Of a DNA stretch of 64,000 nucleotides, positions 20,439 to 30,394 are shown one piece after another. Made by a program: the position numbers and the translations under genes. The DNA is from a virus. The notes below the pieces were generated by a model that worked only from the letters and a program-made list of their open reading frames with translations, made no database searches and had not been told where the DNA came from. Numbering within the stretch: position 1 is the first letter of the stretch; every line of letters begins with the position of its first letter. The stretch spans positions 5,592 to 69,591 of the IMG/VR virus record IMGVR_UViG_3300047554_000471, one strand, 5' to 3'.

Positions 20439-20938
20439 GAGATTTATTTGTTACGACAGACTCCAAGTATACAAAGCGTATTGAAGGCGATGTGTGGGAG
20501 GAGCAAGGAAAGTTATGGACCATTAAGAATGGTATAAAAAGAACGGTATCTAAAATGGAAGCAGCTAGAAAGGAGTTGCTGACACCTTTAGCATGTCCGA
20601 ATTGTGGAAGAGCCATGAAGCATCATTTGGATGAAAAAGCTTGGGCTACTCACAAAACCTGTTTTGAGTGTGTTATCGATGCAGATCATAAAATGATGAA
20701 AAACGGTGAGTGGTCTGAGTATGAGAAGCAACTTATGCTTAATAACGCACAAGCGTTTTTAAAAGAGTTTGAATCCTACATGAAGGATTATATGGATGAG
20801 AGTGTTTCAAGTTCTAATGTTACCGAGGATGGTATGGTTGAGCGTTGGAAGGACGTAAGTCAAGACCACCTAGAAGAAATTAAAAATCAGGTAGTAGAAA
20901 AACTTGAACAAAATATTAAAGAGATAAGAGAAAAGTAA
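20435..20938 (+). CDS. Zinc-finger protein
   Basis: CPNC...H..CFEC; ATGA overlap with the previous gene. Confidence 0.55.
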   Translation: MRDLFVTTDSKYTKRIEGDVWEEQGKLWTIKNGIKRTVSKMEAARKELLTPLACPNCGRAMKHHLDEKAWATHKTCFECVIDADHKMMKNGEWSEYEKQLMLNNAQAFLKEFESYMKDYMDESVSSSNVTEDGMVERWKDVSQDHLEEIKNQVVEKLEQNIKEIREK

Positions 20939-21546
20939 TGGATTCAGCAATTGTAGCAGCATTTTTGACTGGGGTACTAGGACCAATTGTAGTTCTAGTA
21001 ACTCGATATACAATCGAACGACGCAAGAAGAAAACCGATATGGTTCAGGAGGCGTTAGAAACTAGTGAAAAAGTGCTCGCAAAGATGGAGCATATTCGAG
21101 ATGAGTTCCATGCAGATCGAGTATGGGTATCTCAGTTTCACAATGGAGGTCACTTTTATCCAACCGGAAAGAGTATCGCTAAGTTTAGCGTTGTGTATGA
21201 AGTTGTGTCTGCAGGTGCTACATCAATCCAAACAAACTTTCAAAACATTCCCGTTAGTCTGTTCTCAAGATTTATCAATCAACTACTAGAAAATGATATT
21301 ATTGAGGTTCCAGATTTCAAAGATGAAACAATCGCAACGTGGGGATTGAAGTATATAGCTGAGGAGTCTGGAACAAGATCCGAGTATATTTTTGCTGTTA
21401 AGAATATTGAAGGAAAGTTTATAGCCATTATGGGTATTGACTACACAAAGAGAAAAACTAAACTAGGTATGGAAGATATTAACCACCTAGCAAACCACGC
21501 AACTGCAATTGGTGGTGTATTAGACACACACTTAAACAAAAAGTAA
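20938..21546 (+). CDS. Membrane-anchored GAF-like domain protein (T4 holin T-like architecture)
   Basis: N-terminal TM followed by RRKKK; ADRVWVSQFHNGG and IFAVKNIEGKFIAIMGIDY are GAF-like. Confidence 0.55.
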   Translation: MDSAIVAAFLTGVLGPIVVLVTRYTIERRKKKTDMVQEALETSEKVLAKMEHIRDEFHADRVWVSQFHNGGHFYPTGKSIAKFSVVYEVVSAGATSIQTNFQNIPVSLFSRFINQLLENDIIEVPDFKDETIATWGLKYIAEESGTRSEYIFAVKNIEGKFIAIMGIDYTKRKTKLGMEDINHLANHATAIGGVLDTHLNKK

Positions 21547-22001
21547 TGACAAACGAAGAGTCTCAAGGATTGTGGGCAAACATAAGAGCTAAGCGTGCTC
21601 GAGGTGAAGCACCTGCACGTAAAGGCTCTGAAGCATACAAAAAAGCAGTAGCTGCCGCTAAAAAGATTAACGCACAAGAGGGTGTATATGAAGTAACAAT
21701 CTGCGATGCGTGTGCATTATCTTTGATGGAGGATATCAAGGCTGGAAACATACAAATCACTGAGGCTGAATATCAAGGACGTAATGTCCAACTTGGTAAG
21801 CCAATGCGAGGTGATGTTAAGAAATTCAAAGTATACGTTAAAAACCCAGAAGGGAATGTCGTTAAGGTGAACTTTGGGCAGAAGGGTATGAGCATCAAAA
21901 AGAACAATCCAGAGAGACGTAGATCGTTCAGAGCAAGACACAATTGTGATAATCCAGGACCAAGACATAAAGCTCGTTATTGGTCTTGCAGAAAATGGTA
22001 A
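21546..22001 (+). CDS. Small basic two-module protein, probable internal head protein
   Basis: GLWANIRAKR module, ITE junction, then AEYQGRNVQLGKP...FRARHNC...ARYWSCRKW module of a type recurrent in T4-like phages. Confidence 0.6.
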   Translation: MTNEESQGLWANIRAKRARGEAPARKGSEAYKKAVAAAKKINAQEGVYEVTICDACALSLMEDIKAGNIQITEAEYQGRNVQLGKPMRGDVKKFKVYVKNPEGNVVKVNFGQKGMSIKKNNPERRRSFRARHNCDNPGPRHKARYWSCRKW

Positions 22002-22011
22002 AATCAAATAT

Positions 22012-22419
22012 ATGCCTTATACAGCTAGAAAAGTAGGAGATCAATACTGCGTCTATAAAAAAGATGGTGGTGAAAAAGTAGGTTGCACTGATGGCAACAA
22101 GGAAGCTTTGCGTAAGTACTTAGCTGCACTTCATTTGAATGCAAACGAGAGTGTTAATGAGTTAACCATCACATCAGTCGGTGTGAGGGATTTACTTCGT
22201 AAGATATTTCGTGATCCTAAGTTGATGGATCAATTAAATTTTAAAAATTTCCGAAGCGCTGTTGAGTTTGTACGTACAGCTGATATAGAAGATTTCCATG
22301 AGTTAGAACGAGAGGTGGAGGCTTACGAACAAGGTAAGCTACACGAACAAGTGCGTCAGCTTGTGAGAGAGAAAATGCAGAAATACGTTTCTGTAAAGTC
22401 GAACCAAAATAAAAAATAA
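22012..22419 (+). CDS. Hypothetical protein, probable internal head protein
   Basis: Start moved to ATG 22012 (MPYTARK), 10 nt after the previous stop; internal VNE and LHE sites. Confidence 0.55.
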   Translation: MPYTARKVGDQYCVYKKDGGEKVGCTDGNKEALRKYLAALHLNANESVNELTITSVGVRDLLRKIFRDPKLMDQLNFKNFRSAVEFVRTADIEDFHELEREVEAYEQGKLHEQVRQLVREKMQKYVSVKSNQNKK

Positions 22420-22425
22420 TGGAAG

Positions 22426-22647
22426 GTGAGAGTAAGAGGAAAGGTAAAAAGACAGGACCTAGCAACCTGGAGCATGATGATAGCTCTATTCTTCAACCCT
22501 CTAGGTTTCGACGTGGTTCAGTATTGGTTGATTCTAGCAACTGGAAGTTTGTGGAGAGCGAATTTCGCTTTGTACTGTATAGCGGGGCTATTCTTTGGAT
22601 TATCCATTTTATTTCGATGGCAGTATAGAAAGAGCCTTAAAGTATAA
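22426..22647 (+). CDS. Small two-TM membrane protein (holin-like)
   Basis: Two hydrophobic segments with basic termini. Confidence 0.5.
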   Translation: MRVRGKVKRQDLATWSMMIALFFNPLGFDVVQYWLILATGSLWRANFALYCIAGLFFGLSILFRWQYRKSLKV

Positions 22648-22679
22648 CACATACTATTTATATATAAACGCGTTAAAAA

Positions 22680-23102
22680 ATGAAAAATAACAAAACGAAA
22701 GCGAAATTAGCTGAGAGCTTATTACGTCGTTATATTCAAAAAGAGATTCGTAAGATCATGGAAGCAGATGAGGAGAACACAGAAGAAACTCCTACAGATA
22801 CTCCGGCTGAAGAACCCAAACAAGATCCTACAACAGCACCTACTCCAGAACCAAAGAAGAAGGAAGAGCCTAAACCTGAACCTACTCCTGAACCTACTCC
22901 TGAACCAGAACCGGAAGTTGGTTTAAACCAAGACTTTCAAGATGCAATAGATCAATTCGTACAAAAGCTAAAAACTAGTACAGAACCGGTTGAACAAGAG
23001 GATCTAGTTACTATGGTAGGTGATCTTATTGATATGTTTGTACAATCTAGTGAGGGTAAATTAAAATTATTACAAGCAGTAAAATCAAACATCGTACAAT
23101 AA
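22680..23102 (+). CDS. Probable internal head protein with Pro/Glu linker
   Basis: KLAE...IRKIME leader, EPKPEPTPEPTPEPEPE linker; preceded by TATTTATA. Confidence 0.55.
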   Translation: MKNNKTKAKLAESLLRRYIQKEIRKIMEADEENTEETPTDTPAEEPKQDPTTAPTPEPKKKEEPKPEPTPEPTPEPEPEVGLNQDFQDAIDQFVQKLKTSTEPVEQEDLVTMVGDLIDMFVQSSEGKLKLLQAVKSNIVQ

Positions 23103-23287
23103 TGAAAACAGCACACATCATCAAACGACTAAAGGAAGACACAGCTTATCAAGAGTTTTTCAAAAAAGCGATGGTTAAGTTTGACATCAAATCTCCAGCT
23201 GATTTAGAAGATCCTGAGAGAAAGAAAAACTTCTTCAATTACGTTGATAAAAACTACTCAGCTAAGACTGAAGGTAAACTAAGATAA
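23102..23287 (+). CDS. Small probable internal head protein
   Basis: RLKE followed by YQEFFKKAM...FFNYVDKNY. Confidence 0.55.
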   Translation: MKTAHIIKRLKEDTAYQEFFKKAMVKFDIKSPADLEDPERKKNFFNYVDKNYSAKTEGKLR

Positions 23288-23288
23288 T

Positions 23289-23642
23289 ATGCAAGCAAAA
23301 GTTACAAAAACAAACCTAATGTTGATAGTAGTTATCGCAGCATTGCTGATTTACTATTTTATGTACAAAGCACCAAAGATTGGTGACGCAGACCGTTACG
23401 AAAAACAGAAACAAGAGATCGATAGTTTGACTCGAGTTATTGGTGGTTTGGAGCGTGAGCAACTGGTTCGCGATAGCATCATCAAAGACTTTGAAATAAA
23501 GGTGTCTGTGTTAGATGATGAAATCGATAACCAAAAGGGTAAAATTTCTAATCTAAAAAAACAATATGGCACTAAAATTCAAAATGTTGGTAGGTACACT
23601 CCTACTGAGCTTGACAGCTTTTTCACAGACCGTTACAATTAA
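23289..23642 (+). CDS. i-spanin-like protein (N-terminal TM + coiled coil)
   Basis: LMLIVVIAALLIYYF TM, then heptad repeats; overlaps the next gene. Confidence 0.5.
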   Translation: MQAKVTKTNLMLIVVIAALLIYYFMYKAPKIGDADRYEKQKQEIDSLTRVIGGLEREQLVRDSIIKDFEIKVSVLDDEIDNQKGKISNLKKQYGTKIQNVGRYTPTELDSFFTDRYN

Positions 23643-23985
23643 GGATACTTGCAAGGTTATGATTCCTTGCACTACTGCTAAAAAAATTGCAGTTGACTTG
23701 GTGAAAGGGGATTCAGCAAAAGCCGAATTAACACAGACTACACAACTATTACAACTTACCGAGCAAAAGGTTGAGTTGAAAGATAGCATTATTCAAACCT
23801 ACATCCAAAAAGAAGTTAATTACACTCAGCAGATTTCTCTATACAAAGAGAAGGAGTCTAAGTATGTTATACTTGTTTCCGATCTAGAAAAGGATAATGT
23901 TAGATTAAGAAAAAAGACAAGAGTGTTGGGAGGTGTAGCGGGTACATTAGTCTTAACAACATTGGTTGGCTTCTTGCTACCATAA
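23566..23985 (+). CDS. Exported coiled-coil protein with C-terminal TM (spanin partner-like)
   Basis: Signal peptide ...LTAFS|Q, two Cys, coiled coil, C-terminal VLGGVAGTLVLTTLVGFLLP. Confidence 0.5.
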   Translation: MALKFKMLVGTLLLSLTAFSQTVTIKDTCKVMIPCTTAKKIAVDLVKGDSAKAELTQTTQLLQLTEQKVELKDSIIQTYIQKEVNYTQQISLYKEKESKYVILVSDLEKDNVRLRKKTRVLGGVAGTLVLTTLVGFLLP

Positions 23986-24000
23986 CAACATCGGTTACAT

Positions 24001-25572
24001 ATGTCGGAAAAGACTTTAAAAGATATAATCAAGGAGGAGTATGTAAAGTGTGCAAAGTCTGCAACCTACTTCATGAAGAAGTATTGTATGATTCAGCACC
24101 CGACTAAAGGAAAAATTCCATTTCATCTATATCCATACCAGGAAGATTCGTTACAAGACTTTCAAGAAAACGACCGTGTAATTATTTTGAAATCTAGGCA
24201 GCTAGGTATCTCAACATTGATTGCGGGTTACGCTTTATGGATGATCTTGTTTCAAAACGACAAGAACTGTCTGGTAGTTGCGATTGACCAAAACACATCA
24301 AAGAACCTTGTAACAAAGGTGAAGGTAATGTTTGATAACTTACCTAGTTGGCTTAAATTGAAAGCTGTTGAAAGTAATAAACTTTCGATCAGATTATCAA
24401 ACGGATCTCAAATCAAAGCCGTATCAAGTACAGGAACATCAGGACGTTCAGAAGCATTATCGTTAGTTATTATCGATGAGGCGGCTTTCGTTGATGGAGC
24501 TGAGGAGTTATGGGCATCACTACAACAGACGTTGAGTACGGGTGGTCAGGGTATCTTACTATCAACACCAAACGGTACCGGTAACTTCTTTCACAAGATG
24601 TGGACAAAAGCAGAAGCTGGAGAGAACAAGTTTAAGACATTACGACTTCCATGGCAAGTGCATCCTGAAAGGGATCAAACTTGGAGAGATCGACAAGATG
24701 CGGAGCTTGGTTTACGACTAGCGGCTCAGGAGTGTGACTGTGACTTTAGTACATCAGGTAACACAGTCGTATCACCAGAACTCATATCCTACTACATGCA
24801 AACCTACGCTCAAGAGCCAATCGAGAAGCGAGGTTTTGATGGAAACTATTGGGTATGGGAGTTTCCAGATTACACAAAGAACTACATTCTAACTGCCGAC
24901 GTTGCTCGTGGAGATGGTAGTGACTACTCTGCATTCCATGTCATAGAGGTAGAATCTTGTAGACAAGTTGCTGAGTATAAAGGTCAGGTAGGAACGAAGG
25001 AATTTGGTAATCTACTAGTTGCAGCAGCTACTGAGTGGAATAACGCACTCCTTGTGATTGAAAACGCAAACGTAGGATGGGCATCAATTCAGCAGGTAAT
25101 CGATAGAAACTATTCAAACCTATATTACACCTACAAGCAAGATGCATTAGACTCTGACAAATTCTTAACAAAAGGATATGACTTGGCTTCTAAGACGGAT
25201 ATGGTTGCAGGATTCACAATGAGTCATAAAACAAGACCTTTAGTGATTTCTAAGTTGGAGTTGTTTATCCGCGAAAATAGTTGTATAATACGTAGTAAGC
25301 GCTTGCTTGATGAGCTTTTTGTATTCATATGGAAAAGCGGTAGAGCAGAAGCAGCTCAGGGCTATAACGATGACTTGGTTATGAGTTTTGGTCAAGGGTT
25401 GTGGGTTAGAGATACAGCATTGAAGCTCAGACAAGCCGGTATAGAAATTAACAGAGTGGCAATGAACAATATCAAGACAACCGTACCCGTTTATACACGA
25501 CCTCAGTCTAGTAATCCATGGAATATGGTAGACAATAAGGGGAACAATGAGGACATGGGATGGCTTCTTTAA
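24001..25572 (+). CDS. terL: Terminase large subunit (T4 gp17-like)
   Basis: LYPYQ adenine motif, KSRQLGIST Walker A, VIIDEAAF Walker B, LSTPNG, nuclease ADVARG and DDLVMS. Confidence 0.95.
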   Translation: MSEKTLKDIIKEEYVKCAKSATYFMKKYCMIQHPTKGKIPFHLYPYQEDSLQDFQENDRVIILKSRQLGISTLIAGYALWMILFQNDKNCLVVAIDQNTSKNLVTKVKVMFDNLPSWLKLKAVESNKLSIRLSNGSQIKAVSSTGTSGRSEALSLVIIDEAAFVDGAEELWASLQQTLSTGGQGILLSTPNGTGNFFHKMWTKAEAGENKFKTLRLPWQVHPERDQTWRDRQDAELGLRLAAQECDCDFSTSGNTVVSPELISYYMQTYAQEPIEKRGFDGNYWVWEFPDYTKNYILTADVARGDGSDYSAFHVIEVESCRQVAEYKGQVGTKEFGNLLVAAATEWNNALLVIENANVGWASIQQVIDRNYSNLYYTYKQDALDSDKFLTKGYDLASKTDMVAGFTMSHKTRPLVISKLELFIRENSCIIRSKRLLDELFVFIWKSGRAEAAQGYNDDLVMSFGQGLWVRDTALKLRQAGIEINRVAMNNIKTTVPVYTRPQSSNPWNMVDNKGNNEDMGWLL

Positions 25573-25603
25573 TGCCGCGACTATTTATTAAAAATAAACA
25601 CTA

Positions 25604-27454
25604 ATGGCTGAAAATAAGACACTCTTTAGCAGGCTACAAAAGCTCTTTAGTACGGATGTAATCATCCGTAACGTGGGTGGAAACCAACTAAAGGTAATCG
25701 ATACAGCTCGCATTCAATCTGACGGAAACATTAACACAAACCGTCGAATTGATCGATTCTCAAGACTTTTCTCAACAGTACCTGGCATGTCTCAACATGC
25801 TGGTCAATTGCAATTATACACTCGTTTAGAGTTATTCCGTGACTATGAAGCAATGGATACGGATAGTATTATCTCATCAGCGCTAGACATTTATGCAGAT
25901 GAGTGTACTGCAAAGAATGAGTATGGTGATATGTTAACTATCACAACTGGAAACGATAAGGTACAAAAGGTACTGCATAACCTATTCTACGACGTATTGA
26001 ATATTGAGTTCAATTTATGGCCATGGATTAGAAACACAGTCAAGTATGGTGACTTTTTCTTACACCTCAACGTTGCAGAGAAGTTTGGTGTAATTAATGT
26101 AGAACCTATTTCAGCTTATGAGATGATCAGAGAAGAAAACTTTGATCCAGAAAACCCTACAAAGGTACAATTCCGTAGAGATACAACAGCTGTATCTGGA
26201 GTGACTCATGTAGCTAGTGTGCGTAGAGAGGGTGAGGTATACGACAATTATGAAATAGCTCACTTCCGTCTACTAACAGATACAAACTTCCTACCATACG
26301 GCCGTGCTATTATCGAGCCATCTAGAAAGGTTTGGAAGCAAATCACATTAATGGAAGATGCGATGTTAATTCATCGTATCATGAGAGCACCAGATAAGCG
26401 TATTTTCAAAATCGATATCGGTAATATTCCACCTGCAGAAGTTGATGCTTTCATGGAGGGTATGATTAATCGTATGAAGAAAGTGCCATACGTTGATCCA
26501 GAGACTGGTCAGTACAACTTAAAATACAACATGCAAAACCTACTTGAAGATTTTTATCTTCCAGTACGTGGATCAGAAAGTGGTACAAATATCGAGCCAT
26601 TAGCTGGATTAAACTACGATGGTATTACGGATATCGAGTACTTAAAAAATCGTTTATTAGGATCTCTAAAGATTCCAAAAGCTTACTTGGGTTATGAAGA
26701 AGACACCACAGGTAAAGCGACTTTGGCATCACAAGATTTCCGTTTTGCTAGAACGGTAGAGCGTGTACAGAAAATCATCACATCTGAGTTGTATAAGATT
26801 GCAATCGTTCATCTATACTCACAAGGGTTTACAGATGAGGATTTGGTAGACTTCAGTCTCAGTTTAACAGCACCATCTTCCGTATACGAAAAAGAGAAGA
26901 TTGAGTTGTGGACTAGTAAAGTTACTTTAGCTGGTGATATGATTGAGAAGAAGTTATTCAGTCGCAATTGGGTTTATGAGCAATTATTTGGCTTAACTGA
27001 GAATGAATACTTGATGGAACAAAATCGAATTGTGGAAGATACAAAAGCACAATTTAGATTAGAGCAGATTAAGACAGAGGGTAATGACCCTATCAAAACC
27101 GGACAATCGTTCGGAACACCACACGACCTAGCAGCTCTATATAAAGGTGGTGGTGAAGTGCCAAAAGGTTATGATGAGAGACAGGCACAGATGCCTAAAG
27201 GAGGTTGGCCAGGAGCAGGACGTCCAGAGGAGCCAGGAACACATGGAACACATGAGCATCCGCTTGGGTGGGATCCATTGGGTAACAAGGCTATCCGTAA
27301 GGTTTATGAGAGTTCTAAGAGAAGAGCGTTATACGAGGGATTGATTACAGAATTGGATAAGAAGAAAAATGCAATACAGGATACGTTTGAATCTGAGCGT
27401 TTTGAAGAAAATTCAAATTTGTTGAACGAGGATAATATCTTACAAGAAGAATAA
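25604..27454 (+). CDS. Portal protein (T4 gp20-like)
   Basis: LMEDAMLIHRIMRAPDKRIFKIDIGN, LEDFYLPVRG, LKIPKAYL. Confidence 0.95.
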   Translation: MAENKTLFSRLQKLFSTDVIIRNVGGNQLKVIDTARIQSDGNINTNRRIDRFSRLFSTVPGMSQHAGQLQLYTRLELFRDYEAMDTDSIISSALDIYADECTAKNEYGDMLTITTGNDKVQKVLHNLFYDVLNIEFNLWPWIRNTVKYGDFFLHLNVAEKFGVINVEPISAYEMIREENFDPENPTKVQFRRDTTAVSGVTHVASVRREGEVYDNYEIAHFRLLTDTNFLPYGRAIIEPSRKVWKQITLMEDAMLIHRIMRAPDKRIFKIDIGNIPPAEVDAFMEGMINRMKKVPYVDPETGQYNLKYNMQNLLEDFYLPVRGSESGTNIEPLAGLNYDGITDIEYLKNRLLGSLKIPKAYLGYEEDTTGKATLASQDFRFARTVERVQKIITSELYKIAIVHLYSQGFTDEDLVDFSLSLTAPSSVYEKEKIELWTSKVTLAGDMIEKKLFSRNWVYEQLFGLTENEYLMEQNRIVEDTKAQFRLEQIKTEGNDPIKTGQSFGTPHDLAALYKGGGEVPKGYDERQAQMPKGGWPGAGRPEEPGTHGTHEHPLGWDPLGNKAIRKVYESSKRRALYEGLITELDKKKNAIQDTFESERFEENSNLLNEDNILQEE

Positions 27455-27479
27455 CATAAACCGACATATTTATTATTAG

Positions 27480-28337
27480 ATGAAAAAATCAACACACTCC
27501 AAAATCAGGAACACGGCAATTCTATTTGAATTGTTGACGCGTCAGGTTGCGGCTGATACTATTAAGGGTGTCGAGAAATCTCCAGCTCTAACTATTATTA
27601 GAGAGTTTTTTAAGGCTGATTCAATTCTCGCAAAAGAGTTGGTATTGTACCAAACTCTGATGAATGAAAAGTACACAGACGGCGGAAAGGCTAACTACTT
27701 ATTAAACACAGTAGTAAAATTGCGTAATAAAATGAACGCAGTGAAGCTAAGCGAAACAAAATACAACCTAATCAAAGAGGTTAAAAACCACTACGATCTT
27801 AAAGACTTTTTTAAGACTAACTTAGCTGAGTATAGAATATACGCATCTATTTATCGTATTTTTGAGGGAGTTAGTGTTGCTAAGGTAGCTGATGTGGTAA
27901 AGAGTCGTTACACAATTCTCGAACACATCACTAGAAAAAACCAAATCAAACTTGCAGAGTCAGCAGAAGTTGCTGTAGAGGACTACCTTAAGCAAGATGA
28001 GGAGGTTCGTTTGTTAGCGTACAAGTTGATGATTAATAAATTCAATGAGAAGTATGCTAATCTATCAGCAAAGCAAAAAGGTATTCTTAGAGAATACATT
28101 AATAATGTATCGAATACAGCTGGCTTAAAGCAGTTTATCATTAAAGAGGGTAAGATTGTAGCCACAGCAATACAGAAAATGTTACCGACTGTTAAGGATC
28201 AAGTGACTGCTATCAAATTAAATGAGGTAGTTAGTATGACTGGTAAGTTGGAAAAAATCAAGTCTGTAAAAGAAGATCACGTTCTATCTCTACTTTTGTA
28301 TCACGAGCTGTTAAAAGAATTGAAAAATGTCAAGTAA
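27480..28337 (+). CDS. Head-associated hypothetical protein
   Basis: 285 aa, helical, between portal and protease, preceded by TATTTATT. Confidence 0.55.
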   Translation: MKKSTHSKIRNTAILFELLTRQVAADTIKGVEKSPALTIIREFFKADSILAKELVLYQTLMNEKYTDGGKANYLLNTVVKLRNKMNAVKLSETKYNLIKEVKNHYDLKDFFKTNLAEYRIYASIYRIFEGVSVAKVADVVKSRYTILEHITRKNQIKLAESAEVAVEDYLKQDEEVRLLAYKLMINKFNEKYANLSAKQKGILREYINNVSNTAGLKQFIIKEGKIVATAIQKMLPTVKDQVTAIKLNEVVSMTGKLEKIKSVKEDHVLSLLLYHELLKELKNVK

Positions 28338-29067
28338 GAAATTAACACTAAAAGAGGTAGAAGAGGTACGTAGGTATATTAAGAAACTGCGCAAAGAAGG
28401 TAGTACTTCAGATGGTGCAGGTGCATTTCATACACCAGGAGCTTTTACCGGAGATCCAAAAGATGATGGAACTCAGGCGGTTGATCTAGAAGACGAGCAA
28501 TTTGCTTATAGCAAAAAAGCTTCTGAAGATCATCCACACACAATCAAGCTACATGAAGTTAGCTATAAAGCTTTCAAGACAGATCCAACTGCTAATGAAG
28601 TTCAAAAGGTAAATAGAAAAATTCTCGAAGTGAATAAGATGCTTAGAGAGATTTCTAGAGCTTTAGACCATAGCATGAAGTTAAAGACCGAATCGTCATT
28701 AGATAACAGTCGCTATTGGAAGCGTACAAATGAAGCTATCTTAAAGATTAGCAACAGATTATCTGAGATAAATAAAAAAGCACGTAATTTAGCAAACCTA
28801 AAAGAACTTGCAGCTACTGCTGTTAAGGATAAACTAGTACAGCTATTTGCAAAAGCTGGATTGACCGTCAAACCTCAAGATATCGATTACAATCAGTTGG
28901 GTACTGAGTGGTATGAATTTGATGTTATGCTCGATGGAGAGCCATATGCTATCGACTATCGTAATGGTGAATTAATGTATCAAGCTTACGATGAGGAGAT
29001 TAGACTAGGAAACTTCAACCAAGAACAACAATTAGTACAGAACATAACTAAAGAATTTAAAGCATGA
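28327..29067 (+). CDS. Head-associated hypothetical protein
   Basis: LRKE and KLHE junctions, coiled coil. Confidence 0.5.
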   Translation: MSSKKLTLKEVEEVRRYIKKLRKEGSTSDGAGAFHTPGAFTGDPKDDGTQAVDLEDEQFAYSKKASEDHPHTIKLHEVSYKAFKTDPTANEVQKVNRKILEVNKMLREISRALDHSMKLKTESSLDNSRYWKRTNEAILKISNRLSEINKKARNLANLKELAATAVKDKLVQLFAKAGLTVKPQDIDYNQLGTEWYEFDVMLDGEPYAIDYRNGELMYQAYDEEIRLGNFNQEQQLVQNITKEFKA

Positions 29068-29681
29068 GCAAGCAAGTAATAGTTGACTTCATAGGCTCTC
29101 TACAATTTACTCCAGAGCAGATTAACGAATCAATTAGCCAAAATAGTGGTAAGTTGATTGTTAGTGGTGTAATGCAAAGAGGTAGTTCAAACATGGATCA
29201 AAACTTCAACCAAAATGGTAGAAGTTATCCTATGCCTATTCTAAAGCGTGAGTGTGAAAAATACAAAAAAGTATTTGTAGCCGAGCGTAGAGCGTTGGGA
29301 GAATTAGATCACCCAGAATCTTCTGTAGTAAACTTAGCTAACGTATCCCATAATATTTTGGACTTGTGGTGGGAAGGTAATGACTTGATGGGTAAGATTG
29401 AAATACTATCTACACCATCAGGAAACATTGCTAAGGAGTTATTGAAAGCGGGTATCCGTTTGGGTATCAGCTCTAGAGGTATGGGCTCGGTTAAAAACCT
29501 AGGAGAGGGTAAGGTAGAAGTTCAAGACGACTTTGAAATCGTTTGCTGGGATTTAGTATCTAACCCATCAACACAAGGTGCTTTCATGAATAACCTAAAT
29601 GAGGGTGTATCTCATAGCACAAATAACAACAAATACAACAAAGTGAACTCACTGATCAGTGATATAATCTCAATAATGTAA
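29064..29681 (+). CDS. Prohead protease (T4 gp21-like)
   Basis: NQNGRSYP, ALGELDHP, GISSRGMGS, WDLVSNPST. Confidence 0.95.
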   Translation: MSKQVIVDFIGSLQFTPEQINESISQNSGKLIVSGVMQRGSSNMDQNFNQNGRSYPMPILKRECEKYKKVFVAERRALGELDHPESSVVNLANVSHNILDLWWEGNDLMGKIEILSTPSGNIAKELLKAGIRLGISSRGMGSVKNLGEGKVEVQDDFEIVCWDLVSNPSTQGAFMNNLNEGVSHSTNNNKYNKVNSLISDIISIM

Positions 29682-29682
29682 T

Positions 29683-30042
29683 ATGAAACTCAAAAAGATA
29701 AAAGAGAGTATCGACCAGAAGGTTGAACTAAACGAAAAAGCTCAGTTTTTAGAAGAGGTTTCTAGATTCAACGAGTATGGCGCGAGAATATATCGCACAG
29801 ATGACTTGCGTGAAGCAGCAGCTGCAATTAGCAAGATTGTTGAAAACGCAGAAAGAATTGCTCTTCAAGAGACTGATGAGTGGTTTGATGAGATCACTGT
29901 GAAGCGTAATATGAAGGGTCTACGATCAAACAATGAGCAGTTCATGAAGACTGTAAAAGAGGTTGCTAAATTACAGCAACGTCTAGAATCGTTGTATGAA
30001 GAAATGGGTCACACACTATCACGCTACTATGAAGTTAAATAA
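29683..30042 (+). CDS. Probable internal head/prohead core protein
   Basis: MKLKKIKE...ELNE leader, coiled coil. Confidence 0.55.
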   Translation: MKLKKIKESIDQKVELNEKAQFLEEVSRFNEYGARIYRTDDLREAAAAISKIVENAERIALQETDEWFDEITVKRNMKGLRSNNEQFMKTVKEVAKLQQRLESLYEEMGHTLSRYYEVK

Positions 30043-30394
30043 ACAAGTCGAAGAGCTAATCGAAAGAGTTGTAAAATCCTACATTCTGGAAGCAGAAGAG
30101 GAGGCTGATCCATTTGCTGCAGCTGCAGAAGGTGGGCCAGAAGCAGCCGAGAAAGCGGGAGAAGAAGACACGGAGAAGAAAGCTGAGCCAGAAAAGCCAG
30201 CAGGAGTACCTGTAAAATTTAACGTAAGTGCTGTAAAAAAATATAACAATGCCAACTTTGTTAGCGATAGTGGTGTTGTTAAGAGTATTGATAAAAAGGG
30301 TGTAGTAGTAACAACACAACCGGATGGTGTCGATGTTCTAGTAAACTTTGATGATATTTCAGAAAACGTAAAAAAATTTTTTAAAAAGAAATAA
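30029..30394 (+). CDS. Probable internal head protein
   Basis: Start at ATG 30029 (MKLNKQVEELIE...YILEAEEE), acidic linker. Confidence 0.5.
   Translation: MKLNKQVEELIERVVKSYILEAEEEADPFAAAAEGGPEAAEKAGEEDTEKKAEPEKPAGVPVKFNVSAVKKYNNANFVSDSGVVKSIDKKGVVVTTQPDGVDVLVNFDDISENVKKFFKKK

Noticed and set aside
22419-22628. 69-aa ORF overlapping 22426..22647
   Set aside because: The other frame encodes a coherent two-TM protein ending next to the following promoter motif; this one has no recognisable features.
10320-27454. Inteins or introns in Rad50, terminase or portal
   Set aside because: Motif spacing and lengths look normal; no intein termini or homing endonuclease motifs were seen.
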